Positions 9,628 through 18,353 of a DNA stretch of 28,578 bases are shown piece after piece (positions within the stretch are counted from its first letter, which is position 1; each line of letters opens with the position of its first letter). This stretch comes from a virus (lineage: Duplodnaviria; Caudoviricetes). The position numbers were made by a program, and so were the translations under genes. The stretch spans positions 1 through 28,578 of the IMG/VR virus record IMGVR_UViG_3300026101_000006, one strand, 5' to 3'. Below the pieces are notes generated by a model. That model was not told the origin of the DNA, did no database searches, and was given only the letters and a program-made list of their open reading frames with translations.

Positions 9628-10221
9628 TCAGCGCAGCCCCGACAGACGCCCGCGCATCTGCATCCGGCGGCGCACGCAGAGCGCACTGCCGCCAAGAGCC
9701 GCCGCTTTGGAGCGAAGGCCAATCTCTGTGCCCTGATAGGCAGGGTCGGTGACAATCGAGACATCGAAGAGCCGCACCGAGCCGATGCTGCGCAGCGGAT
9801 GCGCGCCGCTCTCATCCCAAGTCTCTTTCTCGGCAATGAAGGCAAAGCTCATCTTGGAGAGATCGCCGCGCCGCATCTTGGGCAGGATCCGCTGCACATC
9901 CGGATCCTGCCGGTCCAGCTCCGTCTCCACCCGCAAGCCGCGCTGATCCTGCGATAGCATCAGCGTCCCGGAGCTGGTGCGCGCCAGTGGCAGGCCCTCA
10001 TGGTCAATCAGGAAAGTCACATCATCGCGCCGGTCCAGCGCGGCGCTGAAGGCCCCGGCCTCCACCACCTCTTCCCAGCCCCATTTATCCAGCGGGCCGA
10101 TGGCGGTGCGCTCGCCGAAGACCGCCGCATAGCCCGTGACCGCCAGCGGTTTGTCTGTGTCTTCGCGCAGCTCAATGGGCGCGACGGCGCAATAGCGCAC
10201 CTCGCGTGTGGGATCGCTCAT
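9628..10221 (-). CDS. HK97-family prohead protease
   Basis: GYAAVF, FLIDH, MSFAF and DVSIVTDPAY motifs. Confidence 0.95.
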   Translation of the reverse strand: MSDPTREVRYCAVAPIELREDTDKPLAVTGYAAVFGERTAIGPLDKWGWEEVVEAGAFSAALDRRDDVTFLIDHEGLPLARTSSGTLMLSQDQRGLRVETELDRQDPDVQRILPKMRRGDLSKMSFAFIAEKETWDESGAHPLRSIGSVRLFDVSIVTDPAYQGTEIGLRSKAAALGGSALCVRRRMQMRGRLSGLR

Positions 10222-10232
10222 CCAAGCCTCCG

Positions 10233-11534
10233 TTAGTTTGTGTGGGTGTCCGCGTCGCCGTCCTGATCGTCAGGATCAGCATCGTCATCTGGCTTTGGTA
10301 CAACCGCCCCCTTGGCAAAAGCTTTGCCCGCCAGCTCAATCGGCACGGTTGCGCCCTGTACCAAAAGCACATCGCCCCCGGGCAGCGGCGCGCGGTTTTC
10401 CAGTGCGCGCCCCTCATTGGGGGTCATCAAGCCGTTCTGGATCGCTTTGACAATCGCCTCGATGCGGGTCTTGAAGTCGCCCCGCATTATGCCGTCGAGG
10501 TTCAGTTTGACATAGCGTTTGGAGCCGCGCCCGAAGATCTTCAGCGTCAGCTCCTGTTCGAACTTCTTCACCCAGCGCCGCAGCGTGTGTTTGACCAGGT
10601 GAAGATCCTGATGCTCGATATTGTTGTAATTGCCCTTGCTGAGTTCCTGCAGGAACACCGGTGGCAGCTGATAGATCCGCGCCACTTGCCCCACCGCAAA
10701 GACCTGCACCGGGGTGAGCTGCATCTTTTCCGGATCATCGCCGAGCCGCTTCAGCTCATGCCCCGCTGGCAGCGGCAGCACCGGCTTGCCCTCATCCGCC
10801 GCCCGCCGCGTCACCCGCATCAGATCTGCCGCCGAGCGCATCATTTCCTTTGCGGCCTGGAAAGGTCCTGTCAGCACATAGGGCGGCACGCCGTTTTTGC
10901 CAAAGACCGTCAGCGCATAGCGATTGGCATTGAGCCCCTGGCGGATGGCGCTGGCGCAGGTCATCACCGGGTTATGGTTGCTCACATGATCCGGTTTGAG
11001 CAAAAAGGCGATGTCGATCACATCGCGCCCCGGGTAGATCTTTACCCGCCCGGAAGGCTCGCGATAGTCATAAAACAGCCGCCCCTGATCCTTGCGCACC
11101 GTGGTGCGGTGATACTCCATCGGGAACAGGTTGATGACCCGCCCCTGCGCGTTGCGCTCAATGTAGGTATAGGCGCGCCCGGGGCCAAAGACCTCGGCAA
11201 AGAAAGTCTCGCGCCAGCTAAACGACGTGGTGCTGTCATTCACCGCCGCGCCCAGCACATCCACCACGCCGCCTTTGAGCTTCTTGTCGCCGCCCTCATC
11301 ACTCGTGGTCTCAAAGACCTCGATGGGCAGACCGGCCATGGCCGCCGACAGGAAGTTGATTGCCGCCCAGACCCCGGGCAGCGACAGCGCCTCGCGCATG
11401 CTCACCCCTTCGCCCACCTCACCGGAGAGCACCTGCGCAATGGCGGCCTCGCCACTGTCCACCACCTCGGCGCGCTGTTCTGGCAGGCCTGCGCCCTCAG
11501 TCGCCGCGCGCCTGCGCCACCCCATCAATCCCAC
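10233..11534 (-). CDS. Portal protein, HK97 family
   Basis: VARIYQLPP, NIEHQ...TLRRWVKKFEQEL and GLMTPNEGRALEN motifs. Confidence 0.95.
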   Translation of the reverse strand: MGLMGWRRRAATEGAGLPEQRAEVVDSGEAAIAQVLSGEVGEGVSMREALSLPGVWAAINFLSAAMAGLPIEVFETTSDEGGDKKLKGGVVDVLGAAVNDSTTSFSWRETFFAEVFGPGRAYTYIERNAQGRVINLFPMEYHRTTVRKDQGRLFYDYREPSGRVKIYPGRDVIDIAFLLKPDHVSNHNPVMTCASAIRQGLNANRYALTVFGKNGVPPYVLTGPFQAAKEMMRSAADLMRVTRRAADEGKPVLPLPAGHELKRLGDDPEKMQLTPVQVFAVGQVARIYQLPPVFLQELSKGNYNNIEHQDLHLVKHTLRRWVKKFEQELTLKIFGRGSKRYVKLNLDGIMRGDFKTRIEAIVKAIQNGLMTPNEGRALENRAPLPGGDVLLVQGATVPIELAGKAFAKGAVVPKPDDDADPDDQDGDADTHTN

Positions 11535-13360
11535 AGCATATCCTCCAGAGAGTATTCTTCATCGCCCCAAGGCGAGTGTTCCTTGCCCGCCCGCTCGCGG
11601 CACAGCGCAATCCCCGCCGACATCGCCAGCGAGACCATGCCGTCGATGCGACCATGGGCCTTTTCCTTGTCAAACATCCGGTGCCCGGTGCGGTTCTCCG
11701 CATAGGTCACCGAGGCCGCCATACTGTCCAACAGCGGGTTCTGCGCCACGGTCTGGCGGCCGTCATAGATGGCGTTTTCCAGCTTGTTGATGGAGTCCGG
11801 CATCCACAGATAGATCTCCACCTCTTGCCCCGGATTGGTGGGATCCGGCACCTTCTCCAGTACCCGCTTCTGAAAGCCCTGCGGATGTACCTCGGTGGGC
11901 AGCACCAGGCCTTTTTCCGTCAGACTGTCTTTGAGCCGCTCCAGCCCGTACTGATCGCAGGCAATCACCTCCGGCTGATAGCGCGAGGTGAGATCTGCCA
12001 GCGCGTCGGCAAGCCACGGGTATTTAAGCCGATCTCCCGGCACCGCCTCGATAAACCCCTGCCGCACCCAGAGATCATAGGGGGCCTGATCCCGCGCCGC
12101 GCGTTCCATCAGCGTGCCCTCCGGTGTCCAGAACCAGGTTTTGGAGACCAGACGCTCTGCATCCTTGGTGGCATCCAGCACCCAGGTCAGTGTCAGCGCC
12201 GAGAAGTCGCGCACCTGGCTGAGATCGAGCCCGCCAAAGCAAGGATAGCCCTGCGCGGTCAGCTCTTCGGGATCCACCTCGCCATGGCAGGCCACCCAGG
12301 CCTCGCGCCGGATCGCCGCCGTCACCGATTGCGTCCACTGGCAAAAATGCAGCCGCGCAATGCCGTTGCGCTTGCCCGGCATCATCTTGGCCTGGTTCAC
12401 CACCTTGGTGAGATATTCCTCATCGATGGTGACCCCCAAAAGCGGGTTCACCTTCACCCAGCAGCTGGGGTCATTCTCCCAATCATCGCCCTCATCCAGC
12501 GAGCAGATGAAGGCAAATGTGCTGTCATCCTCGACCGCGCCGGTCACGACATTGACGCCATGCTGGTGCTCTTCCCAGCAGATCGATTTCTTGTCGGTGC
12601 CGGAGTTGGTCGCCATGCACAGGAGCGGCTGTTTGCGGAACTTAAAGCCCCGCTCCAGCATATCGATCACATCCCGGTTGGGATGCTCATGCACCTCATC
12701 GGTGAGCGCGCAATGCGGGCGCGGGCCCGATTGCGCCTTTTCCGCCGAGAGCGGCTTGAACTTGCGCTTGTCGCCGCTGCGCCCCCGGTAGGTCATCTGC
12801 CAGACGGGGTTTTCCCCTTGCTGCTGCACCGTCCGCTTCAGCACCGGCGATTGATCCACCATCGCCACCGCATCCTGGAACAGGATCCCCGCCTGATCTT
12901 TCTTGGCTGCCGCCGCATAGATCTCGGCCCGGGGCTCGCCATCGGCCACCATCATGTAAAGCCCAATGCCGCCCAGCATCGGCGATTTGCCGTTGCCCTT
13001 GCCTTCCTCATCGTAAAACCGCGTGAACCGCCTGAGCCACGCCCCGTGCTGGGCGCTGTATTTTTGCCAGCCGAAGAGCGAGCCGATCCGGAACGCCTGG
13101 CTTGGGTGCAACTCAAAAGGCCGCCCCTCAAACTGCCCGCCATTGAGCCGCAGCACCTGCGGAAAGAAGCGGATCGCCCGCAGTGCTGCCGCCAGATCCC
13201 ATTTGAGCCCGCGTTTGGGCCCCTCCACCAGATCGCGCAAATGCCGCGCCGCTGCTGCCCGCACGTAAGGCCCGGCCACAACCTCACCCGCCTCAACCGC
13301 TTGCGCCCAGGCTGTCACCGGATCCTCGCTGGCCGAGACCCGCACATGCTCTGCGCTCAC
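11525..13360 (-). CDS. Terminase large subunit
   Basis: Walker A GKGNGKS, Walker B ALTDEVHEH, coupling motif ATNSG, nuclease motif GLDLS, C-terminal RIDGMVSLAM. Confidence 0.96.
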   Translation of the reverse strand: MSAEHVRVSASEDPVTAWAQAVEAGEVVAGPYVRAAAARHLRDLVEGPKRGLKWDLAAALRAIRFFPQVLRLNGGQFEGRPFELHPSQAFRIGSLFGWQKYSAQHGAWLRRFTRFYDEEGKGNGKSPMLGGIGLYMMVADGEPRAEIYAAAAKKDQAGILFQDAVAMVDQSPVLKRTVQQQGENPVWQMTYRGRSGDKRKFKPLSAEKAQSGPRPHCALTDEVHEHPNRDVIDMLERGFKFRKQPLLCMATNSGTDKKSICWEEHQHGVNVVTGAVEDDSTFAFICSLDEGDDWENDPSCWVKVNPLLGVTIDEEYLTKVVNQAKMMPGKRNGIARLHFCQWTQSVTAAIRREAWVACHGEVDPEELTAQGYPCFGGLDLSQVRDFSALTLTWVLDATKDAERLVSKTWFWTPEGTLMERAARDQAPYDLWVRQGFIEAVPGDRLKYPWLADALADLTSRYQPEVIACDQYGLERLKDSLTEKGLVLPTEVHPQGFQKRVLEKVPDPTNPGQEVEIYLWMPDSINKLENAIYDGRQTVAQNPLLDSMAASVTYAENRTGHRMFDKEKAHGRIDGMVSLAMSAGIALCRERAGKEHSPWGDEEYSLEDMLWD

Positions 13361-13836
13361 GTCAGATAGCTCTCGGGCCCATTGGGATCGGCAAAGCTGA
13401 ACCCCATTTGACCCGCGCCCGACAGCCCCCGCTCCGCTGCAGGCGTCATGCCAAAGTCATTGGCCAGCCCACGGATCTGGCGGAAGGTCTCATTGAGCTG
13501 CGCCACCTCTGGCCGCGCCTTGATCTGCACCCCGTTGCGCGTCTCGCTCTCATAGGTCTCGCCGGTCTCTTCGAGCTCCAGTGTCAGCCGTTCATGACGC
13601 ACCACCGCCGCACAGAGCTGGCGGAACATGAACACATTGCTGGGCTTCAACCGATCCACGGTCGGGTGGCACAGCGGCAGCGCCAGCCGGTCAAAGGTCC
13701 AGCGCAACTCGCCGGTCAGCCCCTCGGGCCGGATCTCCTCGAGGCGCATCCGCGCCCGCTCTTCCAGATTGTGAAGTGGCGCGCCCTCTTCTGCGAGGGC
13801 CACAACTTTTTCCTCTGCCGGTCTGCGCCCTCGCAT
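13357..13836 (-). CDS. Terminase small subunit (P27-like)
   Basis: MRGRRP N-terminus; RPEVAQLNE...DFGMTPAAER motif; overlaps the terL start. Confidence 0.9.
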   Translation of the reverse strand: MRGRRPAEEKVVALAEEGAPLHNLEERARMRLEEIRPEGLTGELRWTFDRLALPLCHPTVDRLKPSNVFMFRQLCAAVVRHERLTLELEETGETYESETRNGVQIKARPEVAQLNETFRQIRGLANDFGMTPAAERGLSGAGQMGFSFADPNGPESYLT

Positions 13837-13869
13837 CTTCCGATCAACTCCTTGTTCATGTGGCTTTTT

Positions 13870-13965
13870 CTATTCAATTTCCACTTTGCACAGACAAAGG
13901 CTCCCCCTCCGGTTGCCAGTGCTTCCGGAATTCCTTCGAACCCTCCCCCCGGGGTTGCCGCCCCG
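13870..13965. other. Probable cos/packaging-initiation region
   Basis: Non-coding gap between HNH and terS with a CCCCGGGGGGAGGG G-run, the usual cos location in HNH-terS-terL phages; the cut site cannot be determined by eye. Confidence 0.45.
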
Positions 13966-13970
13966 CTGCG

Positions 13971-14333
13971 TCAGCGGTTGGCGGGGTGCTGTGGATCCAC
14001 CGGCCAGCCATCCGCGCCGCGCTCTTCCGAGTACCCGCGCGCCTCCAGCCGTTGTTTGTTCTGATCATGATCATCCGGGCACAGCGTCTGCAGATTGCCC
14101 GGATCCAGAAACAGCGCCGGATCGCCCCGATGCGGGATCACATGATCCACCACCAGGCGGCAGCGCTTTGGGTTACCCTGTCGAGATCCTGACGCCGTCA
14201 GCGAACCATCGTTCAGGATCCCCCGCCGCAGGCACGCCCGGCACAGCGGCTCCCGCGCCAGATGCTCAGGCCGCAGCCGACGCCGCCACGCCGACAGGTT
14301 GTACAAATGGTGATACTCGCTCCGTGCCGTCAT
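13971..14333 (-). CDS. HNH endonuclease (terminase-associated, gp74-like)
   Basis: PLCRAC...VVDHVIPHRGD...NLQTLCPDDH. Confidence 0.93.
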   Translation of the reverse strand: MTARSEYHHLYNLSAWRRRLRPEHLAREPLCRACLRRGILNDGSLTASGSRQGNPKRCRLVVDHVIPHRGDPALFLDPGNLQTLCPDDHDQNKQRLEARGYSEERGADGWPVDPQHPANR

Positions 14334-14351
14334 CGCATACCCCCGGAACGC

Positions 14352-14380
14352 AAAAGCGCCCGACGGTTTCCCGTGGGCGC
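14352..14380 (-). terminator. Intrinsic terminator-like hairpin in the late-operon leader
   Basis: GCGCCCACGG-GAAA-CCGT(C)GGGCGC followed by TTTT on the minus strand, about 20 nt upstream of the HNH ATG. Confidence 0.65.
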
Positions 14381-14394
14381 AATCAGTGATGATG

Positions 14395-14430
14395 CATATT
14401 TACTGGCACGCCGGTGACATCAGCGTCAAG
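14395..14430 (-). promoter_or_regulatory. Putative late promoter
   Basis: CTTGAC -35 at 14430-14425 followed by an AT-rich CAGTAAATAT segment; the -10 is not clearly defined. Confidence 0.45.
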
Positions 14431-14505
14431 AGGGCATGTGGGGGGCTCATATTCAATGCGAGATTGATTGAAAGTGGTTTCTGCATCTCTGCCGTGAAAA
14501 GAATC

Positions 14506-14661
14506 CTTGCATTGTTGCGGCTAAGCGACCATCTATGGCTAGCTTACGTTTCTTCTCTTCGAATTTCTGCTCCCGTGAAAACGGTATCGGTTGGTCGACT
14601 TGGATCGACTTTTGCCGACCTGTTGCAATTCCGCAGACAGATTTTTTAGGAGATTACGGAT
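14506..14661 (+). promoter_or_regulatory. cspA promoter and long (about 120 nt) 5' UTR
   Basis: CTTGCA-N17-CCATCT (14506-14534) resembles the alphaproteobacterial sigma70 consensus CTTGAC-N17-CTATAT; AGGAG SD before the ATG. Confidence 0.5.
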
Positions 14662-14868
14662 ATGGCCAATGGCACCGTGAAATGGTTCAACTCTACCAAA
14701 GGCTTCGGCTTCATTCAGCCTGAAGATGGCACTCAGGACGTGTTTCTGCACGTTTCCGCAATTGAGCGCGCTGGCATTAACCGCATCGATGACGGTCAGA
14801 AAGTGACCTACGACATCGAAAGCGGTCGCGACGGTCGTACGTCAGCCAATAATCTGACGCTCGCTTGA
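14662..14868 (+). CDS. cspA: Cold-shock protein (CSD)
   Basis: GTVKWFN, RNP1 KGFGFI and RNP2 VFLH motifs; 68 aa. Confidence 0.96.
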   Translation: MANGTVKWFNSTKGFGFIQPEDGTQDVFLHVSAIERAGINRIDDGQKVTYDIESGRDGRTSANNLTLA

Positions 14869-15093
14869 TAGCCATTGCTGGGGAGAAGGGCAGATGACCG
14901 AGGCCCCAGCAAACAAAGACAGCACGTCTGAGAACGTTTCGGAAAAAGAGTGTTCAGAGACAGCGGGAGTAACTAGCTCCTTCTATTGCCTCATTGCACT
15001 TCGAGAACATTCGCAGAGTGCACATTTTTCCGAGTGAGTGCGTTGAGTGATTTCACCTTGGACAAGGTGATTGCTCCGCAACTCACTTGGGCA

Positions 15094-15123
15094 GCCTGTG
15101 GCGAGGAACCCTTCGCCACAGGC
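15094..15123. other. Strong inverted repeat / hairpin (11-bp perfect stem)
   Basis: GCCTGTGGCGA-ggaaccct-TCGCCACAGGC. Confidence 0.7.
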
Positions 15124-15426
15124 ATTATCCAGAGATTTCAGGTATTAGTCCCGAAACTCGGCACCGAGTCCGTATGGGATACTTGCTCTGAGATGCGCAT
15201 TCCTCGCGTGCAGCGAGCGTGCGAATGACTTCACTTTATACACCCGGTAGGTGAAGCACCTCACACCGATCAGATTGCTTGGCGTATTCCTTGGTAACAA
15301 GTGAGCGCCATCTAAACCGATCCGACGTGCCACCCTGAATGTCGCGCGAACCGCGTACTTCGGGTGTGTTCAATTTCCCAAGGCAACCAATACTGGTTGC
15401 CCAATGGGCAAAACTAAGACGAGAAA

Positions 15427-15696
15427 ATGATAGAGATTTTTTGGGGCCCAACGTTGGTCCTTACCGATGCTGAAACAGGAAAACAGGAGTCCTTTGGGAC
15501 TATTGAGAAGGCTCACCACTGGCTTGACCGGAAATGGCCTGTTTCAGATAGAGCCAGTGAGGTCGCTCTCACTCAAGTCGAAGCGGCAATGGAATGCATG
15601 GCCACGGTGCAAGAAGCGCGCTCGGCGTTTAAGGGAGCCGCTTTCACGGCTGGTTTTCATATCGGCGCAGATGGTGGCCAACCGAAATCTCTTTGA
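15427..15696 (+). CDS. DUF982-family small protein
   Basis: W...L...TIEKAHHWLDRKWP...ARSAFKGAA..AG pattern recalled for alphaproteobacterial DUF982. Confidence 0.75.
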   Translation: MIEIFWGPTLVLTDAETGKQESFGTIEKAHHWLDRKWPVSDRASEVALTQVEAAMECMATVQEARSAFKGAAFTAGFHIGADGGQPKSL

Positions 15697-15736
15697 GAAA
15701 ACCGTACCACAAGTTCACTTATGGAAAGGACATCGA

Positions 15737-15934
15737 ATGCAATTAGCAATTGAAATGGAGTTGGCTCGACTTGGAGCCACCAACCCGAAAAAGACCGTCA
15801 ATCCCGAAGCCATTAGACACAGCCTAACGGCCCTGCAGTCGGTTTTTGATGCCGCACTGTCCGAACTGACGAGCTTGGAACAAGTCGGTATGATCTCAGG
15901 AGAGATTTATCTGCGCCGGTCTCTTGTACAGTAA
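15737..15934 (+). CDS. Small hypothetical protein (65 aa, MQLAIEMELARLGA...)
   Basis: AAGGA SD 6 nt before ATG 15737; helical composition; follows DUF982. Confidence 0.55.
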   Translation: MQLAIEMELARLGATNPKKTVNPEAIRHSLTALQSVFDAALSELTSLEQVGMISGEIYLRRSLVQ

Positions 15935-16188
15935 AGCGAAACAACACGCTTTAGCTGAAGGCGGGCTTCGAGTCGGCGCCACTGCAGTTACCTCGATCGA
16001 AACCGGACATGTTGAACTGGTTTTGATTGTCAGGGGACCAGTTACTCGAGGGGGGACAACTGTGTGGAAAGCTCGCCATGATGAGTTCGAAATCTGGCAC
16101 TTAGAGAAGCATTTGACGGTATCTGGCGTGTTGGGCTGACCCAAGGGTGCATACAGAGTAACAGCACAACATCGCCTAGCTTCGACCA

Positions 16189-16923
16189 TCACCAAACCAT
16201 CCGCCCCAACGCCTCTGCCAAAGCCTGTCGCAACGCACCGGACGTCTGTCCCCGCACACTCCACCCATGCGCCCGCAGCACCGCGCTGATCGGCTTATCC
16301 TCCAGACACACCATATCCACCAGCCGCCGATCCGTGATGTTCACGCGCGATCCCCGCTTGGACGGGCGGATCTTGCGCACGGCCATGGCGGTGCCGGTGC
16401 CGATGCGCCTGCGGATCCGCTCGATTTCTTCGCGATCTCGCAGCACCGCATCGATGAAGCTGCCACTGCCACCATTGCCACCGCTGCGGATGGCCTCGAC
16501 AGATGAGCACCGGACACCGGCACAAGCGTGACGCTCCACCAGATCCCGATAATATCGCCCCGCCGCCACCTGCTCGCGCGTGAAGGGCGCGGGCTTGCCG
16601 TTGCTAGCAGCCTTGGCCGCCATGACGTCAAACACATCCGCCCGCTGCATTGCCGAGCGGCCACGGTAGCCCGAGGGGCGGGCTTTCCAGTCGTTTTCGC
16701 CATCGGGAAACAGGCTCATCGGTTGAAAGACACGAATGGCACCCCGGGCAGGGGCCTCAGGGATCGCATCACCGCAGACCTCTGGCACATAGCCCCGCTC
16801 TTTCACCGCTTTGATGCGATCCGCCTCTGCCTGCAGGCGGATCTGGCGCGCTGCCATGAACTTTGCCACCGGGGTCAGATCTGCCACGCCATCAGATGCC
16901 ACGATCACAACATGCTCGCTCAT
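16189..16923 (-). CDS. Putative late-gene regulator with a DUF6456-like C-terminal domain (Q position)
   Basis: AAGRYYRDL...RLVDMVCLEDKPISAVLRAHGW...LRQALAEAL; last gene of the early operon; ATGA coupling. Confidence 0.65.
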   Translation of the reverse strand: MSEHVVIVASDGVADLTPVAKFMAARQIRLQAEADRIKAVKERGYVPEVCGDAIPEAPARGAIRVFQPMSLFPDGENDWKARPSGYRGRSAMQRADVFDVMAAKAASNGKPAPFTREQVAAGRYYRDLVERHACAGVRCSSVEAIRSGGNGGSGSFIDAVLRDREEIERIRRRIGTGTAMAVRKIRPSKRGSRVNITDRRLVDMVCLEDKPISAVLRAHGWSVRGQTSGALRQALAEALGRMVW

Positions 16924-17504
16924 GCTGTTGCACCCCGCTGCGCCTGGTCTGCAATCTCCCGGCATTTCTGCAGCGCTTCAGACCGGCGGGCGCGAAAGCT
17001 CTCATCCTCCATCGACAGTCGATCCCCACGGCCAGCGCGCATTTCGATATCCGCCATCCTGCGCACAGCCCCATCCGCCTCATTGCGGATCTGGGTGATG
17101 GTATACGGCCCTGGCCAGACGCGCGCACCACGCAAATAGCGCAGCAACTCCGGTGCCCAGCCTTCAGCAAGTGCCTTATGCCCAAGTTCTTCTGCAAAGG
17201 CCTTCAATAACAACGGCGAAGGCCCGCTGTCCGGGAGCTGGATATCGCGCGCCTTGTTCAGGATCTTGAGCCCAATCGGAAACCGGTCCTTATCTTTGCC
17301 ACCCGGGTGCGCCTCAACCCAATCCCGCAAGATCGCAAGGTTGGCCGGGGTCATGTACGCCAGTTTCTGGCGCAGCTCACGGAGCATTACCGCAAACTGC
17401 GCCTTGGTCAGCGTCGAGGGCCGCGCCAGCCCCAATGCCTCCAGCGGTGTGATCAACAATTCCTGCACTCGCGCCTCACCGGCGGCCTGTTCTTTCGCAT
17501 CCAT
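16920..17504 (-). CDS. Phage hypothetical protein (replication module)
   Basis: 194 aa, GAGG SD, coupled to the next gene. Confidence 0.8.
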   Translation of the reverse strand: MDAKEQAAGEARVQELLITPLEALGLARPSTLTKAQFAVMLRELRQKLAYMTPANLAILRDWVEAHPGGKDKDRFPIGLKILNKARDIQLPDSGPSPLLLKAFAEELGHKALAEGWAPELLRYLRGARVWPGPYTITQIRNEADGAVRRMADIEMRAGRGDRLSMEDESFRARRSEALQKCREIADQAQRGATA

Positions 17505-17534
17505 TCCTGCACCTCTTTTTCTCAGCGTTCCGAC

Positions 17535-17668
17535 ATATCCACAGGCTGCTCGGCCCGAGTGGGAGCGGAACGAAATCTCATTTCATATTCTCTCATTTCA
17601 TTTCCTCTCTTATGTCTGGAACTGTTCCATTCTGTTCGGAACTGTTCTGGTATGTTCCGTTCTGTTCC
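17535..17668. repeat. Putative phage replication origin: five TGTTC units at 10-bp period, an AT-rich repeat and a DnaA-box-like site
   Basis: TGTTC at 17623, 17633, 17643, 17653 and 17663; TCTCATTTCAT at 17576 and 17591; ATATCCACA at 17535. Confidence 0.7.
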
Positions 17669-17699
17669 GCCCACAGGTGGCCGGATTTCTTCAATGATT

Positions 17700-18353
17700 T
17701 CAGGGGGCGCGGCGCGGGCGACCCACAATGCCCTCAGATACGGCCTCTTTGAGGGCACGTCCGATGGAGGCTTGGAACTGCGGCATGCGCCGCTGACCGG
17801 GGTGGTGTTTGAGCAGCCAGTCATCCACCCACGCCACGGCCAGCTCATCGGAACAGAGATCCTCGCTGCAGCCGATGTCGCGCAGCACCTCGATTAGCCG
17901 TTTGCGCCGCGCATAGACCGCCTTGTCTTCATTGCTGGCCTTGTGCTCTAGATGACCGCGCAGCGCGGCCTCCATCACCTCTTGCACCACAGGATGCGCC
18001 AGGCGAATTGCGCCGTTGTCACAGCGCACCGGGTGCCAGTTATAAAGCGGGTTGAATGCCCGCTCTTTGAGCGAGATCCACCGCTCCAGCGGCAACCCCA
18101 GCAGAAAGGCCAGACTGTCATCGTCGCTGGGCAAGGTTCCCAAGGGGGCCTCACCGTGTGACTTGAAGAACAGCTCCATACCAAAAAAGCCGACTTCCGG
18201 GTCACGGTAAGCCTTGCGCCGGAAGTCGCTGCGGTCATAGCGATCATGGTTGAACGGCATGAAGTAATGCGAGTCCAACCGGCTTTCTGCTGAGATCGGG
18301 TATTCCGGCAGATCTGAGGCCTCCACCAGTTTGACCTGCGCAACCTGTGTCAT
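17700..18353 (-). CDS. Putative replication initiator (DUF1376/YdaU-like)
   Basis: ELFFKSHGEAPLGTLPSDDDSLAFLLG...RLAHPVVQE resembles DUF1376; adjacent to an iteron-like array. Confidence 0.65.
   Translation of the reverse strand: MTQVAQVKLVEASDLPEYPISAESRLDSHYFMPFNHDRYDRSDFRRKAYRDPEVGFFGMELFFKSHGEAPLGTLPSDDDSLAFLLGLPLERWISLKERAFNPLYNWHPVRCDNGAIRLAHPVVQEVMEAALRGHLEHKASNEDKAVYARRKRLIEVLRDIGCSEDLCSDELAVAWVDDWLLKHHPGQRRMPQFQASIGRALKEAVSEGIVGRPRRAP

Noticed and set aside
9543-9845. 100-aa N-terminal extension of the capsid ORF
   Set aside because: It overlaps the protease gene; the SD and delta-domain start point to ATG 9542
520-13360. Gene transfer agent cluster
   Set aside because: The presence of integrase, repressor/cro, replication genes, HNH and a 1604-aa tape measure indicates a true prophage
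685-13369. Long plus-strand ORFs (e.g. 1843-3438, 4603-5640, 10206-11705, 11360-13369)
   Set aside because: Antisense shadows of GC-rich minus-strand structural genes, with no recognisable motifs
17613-17668. TGTTC array as LexA boxes or a CRISPR array
   Set aside because: The period is 10 bp (GTTC-N6-GTTC) rather than N7, and there are no unique spacers or cas genes
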